This document shows positions 15,948 through 22,333 of a stretch of DNA of 24,000 nt, one piece after another (the first letter of the stretch is position 1; each line of letters begins with the position of its first letter). The translations under genes and the position numbers were made by a program. Below the pieces are notes generated by a model. It was given only the letters and a program-made list of their open reading frames with translations. It was not told where the DNA came from and ran no database searches. The stretch comes from Edaphocola sp. Lineage in GTDB: Bacteria; Bacteroidota; Bacteroidia; Chitinophagales; Chitinophagaceae. The DNA is taken from assembly GCA_035497795.1 (NCBI GenBank), contig DATJCU010000013.1, forward strand, positions 22,274 to 46,273. Reading direction: 5' to 3'.

Positions 15948-17816
15948 TTAATTTAAAAATACTGTTTTCTTTGTTTCTTTTGTTTTCAAATCTTTAATAA
16001 ATAATACTTTATTAATTATATTATATTTACTTTTGTTATTTAAAAAATCAGAATATACTCCTCTAAAAATCACTTTTCCTAAAACATCAAAAATAATAAC
16101 ATTTCCGAAATTTCCAATATCCATATTTGTTTTAATATTAATAAATGGAGGATAAGTAAGACTGTCATTCATACCACATTTAAGATATGCATTAATTAAG
16201 TCTAACGTCAAATATTTTTGCTCTATATTTTCTATTTGATAATGTAAATCTATAAGATTTAATGGAGATAAAGAAGGTACATTTACACATAAACTATTTA
16301 ATTCAAAACCATAATCAAACGGACAAGAACAATGATCAAAATTAATTTTATATATTTCAACTGATGAATTTAATGAATCTTTTGTAGAAAATAAAAATGA
16401 GGGTTCAATAAAATAACTAATTGTAAATGGAAGTTGTGGTGGAAAAGGGAATTCACGTTTATCAACATCAAACATTGAAAAACTATTATAAGTCCAACTA
16501 AAATACTCTGAAAAATCAGAGCTATAATAATCAATTCCACCATCCATTCCCATTGATTTGTCATTAGTATTAAGAGTAGAATCTAGATACGTAAAACAAT
16601 CATCAATCTTATTATATTTAAAACTTGCCCAAAAAGGAGTAAAAACACTATTACTTGAAGATTTTTGATACATTCCACCAACAGTAATAAATGATTCATT
16701 ATTCCATTTAAATAAATCAACTACATTAGTTTCTCCAGGAAGTCCATTAATAAATGTTATGTTTTGATGCGTGCCATTATCATTATTTAATGCAAATAAT
16801 CCAAAACCATGTGTAAAGGTACTTTGAAATAAAACAAAAACTTTATTGTATTCTTGTGAATAATAGGCACTAACTCCACGCGAAAAATAATTAGAAAGAT
16901 TTAATGATTTTTGCCATATAATATTACCATTAAAATCTAGAAACACGCATTCAACTCTTCCATTTACAGGGAAAATTCCTTGTCCGTAATTGTCAATAAT
17001 TTTCCTACCAACAATAAAATATCCTTTAGGTGTTCTAATTACTTTTTCAAAAGTAGAACCAATACATTCTTCTCCTGTTATTTCAGTCATGGATATTCCA
17101 TTAATATTCCATTTTATTTCATTTAAATCCATGCTATTAAACGAAATTGCTATAGCATCACCTTCAGGAGAATGAATGTTTGAATTTCCAATATTATTAT
17201 AATACATAGGATCAAATGAATTATTTTTAAACTTTTCTCCTGAAACAATAACTTGATTCTTAATTGAATCATGAAGAATTCTATAAAATACAATACTTTC
17301 ATTTTTTACAATTTTTAATTGTTTAATTGATCCGTTAAACATATCTATTTCAGCAATAAAAGGAATACATCTAATATAATCTGGTGAAGCATCAATTGGG
17401 TTTATAAATCCTGTTATAAATACAGTATAATCTGATCCTGAAATCTCGGAAACATCTGTTAAATACACGTTAACATTTCCGACTCCTAAAGAACTGAAAT
17501 CAGCAGTCAGAAAATATCCTGCAATTGTATTCTGATACCTATCTGAAATTCTAAAATATGGCGCAAAAGAATTAGATTCAGGTGAAATATCATTATAAGC
17601 TAATAGAAAATAGTTTTTAGTATTCTTAATAATTGTATGAGGAACATTTTTAAAATTGTTATTGTTTGCATTTAAATCAAATCCAATTCTTTGACAATAA
17701 TTATATTCAGCATTAACTATAGTGTCTTTTCTAATATTTGTATTAATTTGTCCTATTAAAGGATTAGCAGATAAAAAAAACAAAAATAAGATAATGTAAG
17801 ATAAAAAATTTTTCAT
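15948..17816 (-). CDS. Secreted protein of unknown function (Asn/Ile/Phe-rich), possible degenerate T9SS type A CTD
   Basis: Signal peptide MKNFLSYIILFLFFLSANPLIGQ. Blade-like hydrophobic-Gly motifs (VFITGFIN, VIVSGEKF, GYFIVGRK, FITVGGMY). The C-terminal tail VIIFDVLGKVIFRG...KVLFIKDLKTKETKKTVFLN is reminiscent of a type A CTD. Its stop lies only 16 nt from the start of the downstream 1220-aa gene. Confidence 0.6.
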   Translation of the reverse strand: MKNFLSYIILFLFFLSANPLIGQINTNIRKDTIVNAEYNYCQRIGFDLNANNNNFKNVPHTIIKNTKNYFLLAYNDISPESNSFAPYFRISDRYQNTIAGYFLTADFSSLGVGNVNVYLTDVSEISGSDYTVFITGFINPIDASPDYIRCIPFIAEIDMFNGSIKQLKIVKNESIVFYRILHDSIKNQVIVSGEKFKNNSFDPMYYNNIGNSNIHSPEGDAIAISFNSMDLNEIKWNINGISMTEITGEECIGSTFEKVIRTPKGYFIVGRKIIDNYGQGIFPVNGRVECVFLDFNGNIIWQKSLNLSNYFSRGVSAYYSQEYNKVFVLFQSTFTHGFGLFALNNDNGTHQNITFINGLPGETNVVDLFKWNNESFITVGGMYQKSSSNSVFTPFWASFKYNKIDDCFTYLDSTLNTNDKSMGMDGGIDYYSSDFSEYFSWTYNSFSMFDVDKREFPFPPQLPFTISYFIEPSFLFSTKDSLNSSVEIYKINFDHCSCPFDYGFELNSLCVNVPSLSPLNLIDLHYQIENIEQKYLTLDLINAYLKCGMNDSLTYPPFINIKTNMDIGNFGNVIIFDVLGKVIFRGVYSDFLNNKSKYNIINKVLFIKDLKTKETKKTVFLN

Positions 17817-17985
17817 GTGATAACTAATTTATTTTCTTATAACTATATTGAAAGACCGAAGATAAATAAAAAAGGTTGGTAATAAAAGAAAAATTCTATA
17901 CAATTTTTTTTAAAAATACCAATTTAAAACGTATTTCTTAGAATATTAATCTTGAGAACTATTAATTATTCAAATAAAAAATAGC

Positions 17986-17993
17986 TATTTTTG
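17986..17993 (+). promoter_or_regulatory. Candidate -7 box (TATTTTTG) for tmk
   Basis: Matches TAnnTTTG, about 71 nt upstream of the ATG at 18064. It overlaps the 14-nt palindrome AAAATAGCTATTTT (17977-17990). Confidence 0.25.
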
Positions 17994-18063
17994 AACATTA
18001 TTGTGCTTTAAACGCGCTGGAGAAAAAATACAAATTATTTGTTTTAAATAATCTAATAATTAA

Positions 18064-18756
18064 ATGCAAGGTAAAATTATTACTATAGAAGGTTCAGATG
18101 GTGTAGGAAAATCAACTCAAATTCGTTTATTAACTCAAAAATTAACTTCATTAGCCATTCCACATAAGTTTATTCACTTTCCTATGTTAAATCAAGGTGT
18201 ATATGGAAAACTCATTGCAGAATATTTAAGAGGAGAGCTAGGGAGTATAGAAAATGTTGCACCAAAATTAGTAGCATTATTATTTGCAGAAGATAGAAAT
18301 GAACATAAAGCACAATTAAACCAATGGCTGGATGAGGGATATTTTATAATTATGGACAGATATGTGTACTCCAATATAGCTTATCAATGTGCTAAAACAG
18401 AAGGTATCGATAATAAAGAAATATTGAAACAATGGATTTTAGATTTTGAATTCAAGCATAACAAGCTCCCAAAAACTAGTCTTAATTTTTTTCTGAATGT
18501 TCCTTTTAATTTCATTAAAAAGAATTTATCTAAAATCAGAAAAGGAAAAGATAGAGATTATCTAAACGGAAAAACAGATATACATGAAGATTCTCTAAGT
18601 TTACAAGAAACTGTTTTAAAAGAATACCAATGTTTATTAAAAGACCAAAACGATTTTTTAGAAATTAAATGTTTCTCCGAAGAAGGTGAATGGCTGGAAT
18701 CATCTGTCATACATGAGAAAATTTTCATAGAAGTAGAAAAACTACTTAGGGGCTAA
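18064..18756 (+). CDS. tmk: Thymidylate kinase (dTMP kinase)
   Basis: P-loop ITIEGSDGVGKSTQ, the DRY block MDRYVYSNIAYQ, and an Arg/Lys-rich LID-like KIRKGKDRDYLNGK. Confidence 0.8.
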   Translation: MQGKIITIEGSDGVGKSTQIRLLTQKLTSLAIPHKFIHFPMLNQGVYGKLIAEYLRGELGSIENVAPKLVALLFAEDRNEHKAQLNQWLDEGYFIIMDRYVYSNIAYQCAKTEGIDNKEILKQWILDFEFKHNKLPKTSLNFFLNVPFNFIKKNLSKIRKGKDRDYLNGKTDIHEDSLSLQETVLKEYQCLLKDQNDFLEIKCFSEEGEWLESSVIHEKIFIEVEKLLRG

Positions 18757-18806
18757 TAATCAACTTCTGAAAAAAAAATATTTATTAAAAATAACTCACC
18801 CTCTAT

Positions 18807-20351
18807 TTACATCCATTTTTTCGGAAAAGCCTCCAACTGAAATAAATAACGCTTTTGAATGTTTATTAAAGTTTTATAATCTGCAAACCGAAAACTCAAT
18901 GTTCCTCCTGCTGTATAAAAAACTATTTTACCAATATTCCTCTTTTTTTGCCAGAAATATTGTTTAATTGTAATGGTTTGAATTTTATAAATATTCAAAA
19001 TATCTTTCTTTTTATTCCAAAAACCAGAGTGTTTAATAAGGGTATCTTTAAATAAGACTATGTAGTATTGTTTATACAAATTCCGCACCCAGAAAATGGA
19101 AACAGGTATCCAAAGCATAAATGAAATCAACAAAAACAAAAGATTATCATTATAATACCATAGGATACCCATAAGAATAATCGCAATTAATATTCTTAAA
19201 AAGACATGGTAAATTACATAACGTATATGAGGTTTTAAAGTAAATAAGGGTTCATCATGCTCCTTAAGATTTAAAAAAGTATCCACTTGATCTTGTTCAG
19301 CTATATTTAATGCTGGAAAAAGGATAACGGAATCCTTTTGTTTATGATGTTCAAACTGTTTGATTTGATAATTACAAATAGACCACAGCTTCTGTAACAT
19401 ATTTTGTTGTATAGATACCAATTGGATTCTTGATGGTCGCAGACTCATTGTTCTTAAATTTATTAGACCATGACTCAATTTAAGTTCTTCTCCTTTTTTG
19501 GAGAACGAAAAGCCAAAGTATCGAACGATTATTCTAATTATATTTAATACAACTCCCAAAAAAAACAAGGTAGCCACGAAAATAATAATGCTAATTACTC
19601 CTAAATCATCTGCATAATTTCCGGCTTCTTCAATCTTTTGACTGAAAGATCTCGAAAAGTAATCGTATAAATAGTTTAATGGTATAATAACTAAAGCCAG
19701 CCCTTTGATAGGATTAGAACTTAAGGAATATTTAAATAAATTACCCAAGCCCACCTTCCAAATCTTGGATTGTTCTTCAGTTGCTGCTTCTGTGTTACTA
19801 ATTTCATTATCGTAAGCTGTGTCAACAAATAAATTTGATTTTAAATGCATCAAAGTTTGCATTAATTTATTAGCATGGACTACACTTAAAGCTCTAAGAT
19901 CAACTTCTTTCACATTAGTGCCTGCTGTATCTATTTCTAATGACGACAATCCTAATATACGTTGAAGCCAATTTCTTTTAATATTTATTTGTTGAATTCT
20001 ATCAATTTTAAAAACAATGTCAATTTTATGAAAAACGCCTTTCCTAATATGAAATTCCTTTTGATCATAATCAATTTTAAAAATTAGATTTTTATATTGA
20101 TAATAAGCAAATAAACCTGCCAATAAAAAATACAAAAAAGCTAATAATAATAAAACTGAAATGGTGTAAAAAGAGTTTAGCGTTTTACTTAAACCTAGAA
20201 ATGCAAAAATTGAAATGGATACCCCTAATCTTATCTGAGTATAAACATTATTTGCAAAATGTACAATCACGCCCAATTCAGATTCTTTAGTTTCTGTAGA
20301 AAAAGGAGGTATCGTATTGTTCTCCAATTTACTCGATGGTATCTCCATCAT
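18807..20351 (-). CDS. YdbT-like membrane protein with three bacterial PH (bPH_2/DUF304) repeats
   Basis: Three repeats of the pattern G-x(6-8)-I-x(3-5)-IQ-x-(I/V)...TAG: FHIRKGVFHKIDIVFKIDRIQQINIK...LEIDTAG, LKLSHGLINLRTMSLRPSRIQLVSIQ, and IKHSGFWNKKKDILNIYKIQTITIK...VFYTAGG. Each is preceded by paired TM helices. Confidence 0.8.
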   Translation of the reverse strand: MMEIPSSKLENNTIPPFSTETKESELGVIVHFANNVYTQIRLGVSISIFAFLGLSKTLNSFYTISVLLLLAFLYFLLAGLFAYYQYKNLIFKIDYDQKEFHIRKGVFHKIDIVFKIDRIQQINIKRNWLQRILGLSSLEIDTAGTNVKEVDLRALSVVHANKLMQTLMHLKSNLFVDTAYDNEISNTEAATEEQSKIWKVGLGNLFKYSLSSNPIKGLALVIIPLNYLYDYFSRSFSQKIEEAGNYADDLGVISIIIFVATLFFLGVVLNIIRIIVRYFGFSFSKKGEELKLSHGLINLRTMSLRPSRIQLVSIQQNMLQKLWSICNYQIKQFEHHKQKDSVILFPALNIAEQDQVDTFLNLKEHDEPLFTLKPHIRYVIYHVFLRILIAIILMGILWYYNDNLLFLLISFMLWIPVSIFWVRNLYKQYYIVLFKDTLIKHSGFWNKKKDILNIYKIQTITIKQYFWQKKRNIGKIVFYTAGGTLSFRFADYKTLINIQKRYLFQLEAFPKKWM

Positions 20352-20886
20352 TTTGATCTTTTATTTTTGAAATGAGGAATACTCTTAATCGCTGAGCATC
20401 TTTGCTCTTTAATCCTGGAATACGAATTGTTCCGTTTTGGATGCCTGCAGCAGTAAACATATCAAATGCGGCAAGGTTAAAAAATCGCATTAAAAACGAT
20501 TCAGTTACTTTAACATGTTGAATTCGGTCGATAGGAACAATTGTGATACTGTTACTCAAAACACCATGTTTATATACAATATCGTGTGTGCGGATAGCAT
20601 ACGATTTTTTTAAAAATGAAACTCTTAGTAAAATTAAATAAGCAATAAGAAATACAAACAGTATAATCCAAAGAAAATACCGGTTTTCAATATAATTTTT
20701 AAGAGAGATATTTTCTAAGATTATTATAACTCCGGCTACAAAACAACAAAGCAATGCATATCTTAATAAAATAAGCTTCCAATATGATGCTTCGATCGGT
20801 GTATATTTTAATTCTTCTATATCTTCAATCTGACTTTGTAGGATATCTATACCAATATTTTGAAAACCTGTCTGCTCCGTTATCAT
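20329..20886 (-). CDS. YdbS-like membrane protein with one bPH_2 domain
   Basis: Two TM helices followed by IVYKHGVLSNSITIVPIDRIQHVKVTESFLMRFFNLAAFDMFTAAG. Its 3' end overlaps the start of the YdbT-like gene by 23 nt. Confidence 0.8.
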   Translation of the reverse strand: MITEQTGFQNIGIDILQSQIEDIEELKYTPIEASYWKLILLRYALLCCFVAGVIIILENISLKNYIENRYFLWIILFVFLIAYLILLRVSFLKKSYAIRTHDIVYKHGVLSNSITIVPIDRIQHVKVTESFLMRFFNLAAFDMFTAAGIQNGTIRIPGLKSKDAQRLRVFLISKIKDQNDGDTIE

Positions 20887-20952
20887 TTTAAAAATTACTT
20901 GTCCAAATTAAAAAACACCTCATCATAATAATATATTTTGCTTTCAAATTAA

Positions 20953-21564
20953 TTACTCCTCAAGTATTCCAGCACCTTGACGTATCAGTTCTGGAACTTC
21001 ATTAACTAAGCTAATAACTGTGGAACTCTCTATATTTCCAATGCCACCATCAACCACTAAGTCTACCAAATTACCAAACTTTTCATAAATCACTTCTGGA
21101 TTCGTATAATATTCAACAAATTCATCTTGCGGCAAAGAAGTACTCATAATTGGTCCTCCCAAAGCAGCTGCTATTGCCTGAGAGATTTTATGATCAGGAA
21201 CACGAATCCCCACGGTGTCTTTCTTGCTTTTCAACATCTTTGGCACCAATTTGGTCGCATTTAATATAAAAGTAAAGGGTCCGGGTATGTGGCTTTTTAA
21301 AAATCTAAAAATCGGATTACTGACATTTGCTGCATAAACATTAAGCTCACTTAAATCCTTACAAACAAAGGAAAAATGTGCTTTAGAAGGTTGAATATTC
21401 TTTATTCTACAAATTCTTTCGATTGCTTTATTATTATGGATATCACAACCGATACCATATATAGTGTCTGTTGGATAGATAATAACACCACCTTTTCTCA
21501 AAACATCGGCAATCTGCTTTAAAATTCTTTCCTGAGGATTGTCTGGATGTAAATGGATAAGCAT
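20953..21564 (-). CDS. tsaC: L-threonylcarbamoyladenylate synthase (YrdC/TsaC type, t6A biosynthesis)
   Basis: YrdC-domain motifs GGVIIYPTDTIYGIGCD, GPFTFIL, VGIRVPDH and the C-terminal STVISL. At 203 aa it is the short TsaC form rather than Sua5. Confidence 0.88.
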   Translation of the reverse strand: MLIHLHPDNPQERILKQIADVLRKGGVIIYPTDTIYGIGCDIHNNKAIERICRIKNIQPSKAHFSFVCKDLSELNVYAANVSNPIFRFLKSHIPGPFTFILNATKLVPKMLKSKKDTVGIRVPDHKISQAIAAALGGPIMSTSLPQDEFVEYYTNPEVIYEKFGNLVDLVVDGGIGNIESSTVISLVNEVPELIRQGAGILEE

Positions 21565-21592
21565 AATAAAAAGTTTAAATAAGTATAGGTTA

Positions 21593-21600
21593 CAAAATTA
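21593..21600 (-). promoter_or_regulatory. Candidate -7 box (TAATTTTG on minus strand) for tsaC
   Basis: Matches TAnnTTTG, 29 nt upstream of the ATG at 21564. Confidence 0.35.
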
Positions 21601-21728
21601 ACTTTGATTTTTCATAAAACAACATAATTTAAGAAATATATCATTCATTACCAATTAAAAACCTAAAGAAATATAAGCACATTCAAATTCCACCTTGGGT
21701 ATTAATGAAGAATAAAATTACAGGATAT

Positions 21729-22226
21729 TTAATATTGATCAATTTTGTATTCCATTACATAATCATTCATAAAATAATTTTCACCAATATCAATATCCTC
21801 CTCATAAATAATTTCAAATCCTATTGATCTATAAAAGTCTAAAGCTATATTATTCCTATTTACATTAAGTATGATACTTTCTTGGTTATGCTCTTTAGCC
21901 AATCCTATTGTCATTAGGATCAGGTTTTTTCCATATCCATGTTTTTGATATGCTGGCAACACATATAATTTATGTATCTTGGCGACTGACTGTTTATAAT
22001 TCAGTTCTATTTCTATAAATCCAACTTCATTAACTTCATGAAAGCATAAGTATTGATAATATTGGTTTTTAAAGTTTTTTTGAAGTATCTCCAAGCTATA
22101 AAACTTATTCAGCATATAATCTATCTGGTCTTTAGATAAAATATTTGCATAAGCCAAAGGCCATGTCATTTTAGCTATATTTATAATTACCTTTAAATTT
22201 GAATATTCAACTCGCTTTATTTTCAT
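21729..22226 (-). CDS. GNAT-family N-acetyltransferase
   Basis: Acetyl-CoA binding motif A YVLPAYQKHGYGKNLI, followed by LNVNRNNIALDFYRSIGFE. Confidence 0.8.
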   Translation of the reverse strand: MKIKRVEYSNLKVIINIAKMTWPLAYANILSKDQIDYMLNKFYSLEILQKNFKNQYYQYLCFHEVNEVGFIEIELNYKQSVAKIHKLYVLPAYQKHGYGKNLILMTIGLAKEHNQESIILNVNRNNIALDFYRSIGFEIIYEEDIDIGENYFMNDYVMEYKIDQY

Positions 22227-22298
22227 TCTTGAGTTTATTTTATTTAAAATAATAAAAACTTAATGATAAATATAATAATTTTGATTAAAAGTAGTTAT

Positions 22299-22306
22299 TA
22301 TTTTTG
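22299..22306 (+). promoter_or_regulatory. Candidate -7 box (TATTTTTG) for the PorW/SprE-like gene
   Basis: Matches TAnnTTTG, 28 nt upstream of the TTG at 22334. A second match (TAATTTTG, 22276-22283) makes the choice ambiguous. Confidence 0.25.
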
Positions 22307-22333
22307 TAGCATTGCATTGTAACCTATATAATT

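Noticed and set aside
16370-17175. Short ORFs (16370-16564 minus strand, 16990-17175 plus strand) within the 622-aa gene
   Set aside because: They are out-of-frame or antisense fragments inside the much longer ORF. Their AT-rich sequence would normally be full of stop codons, so only the 622-codon frame stands out as real.
15948-17816. Calling the 622-aa gene a horizontally acquired island on the basis of its low GC
   Set aside because: Spot counts in the YdbT-like gene and tmk are similarly low (15/60 to 18/60). No integrase, transposase, tRNA or flanking direct repeats are visible. This is downgraded to a compositional observation needing genome-wide statistics.
18192-18374. 60-aa minus-strand ORF inside tmk
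   Set aside because: It is antisense to a CDS with clear P-loop and DRY motifs.
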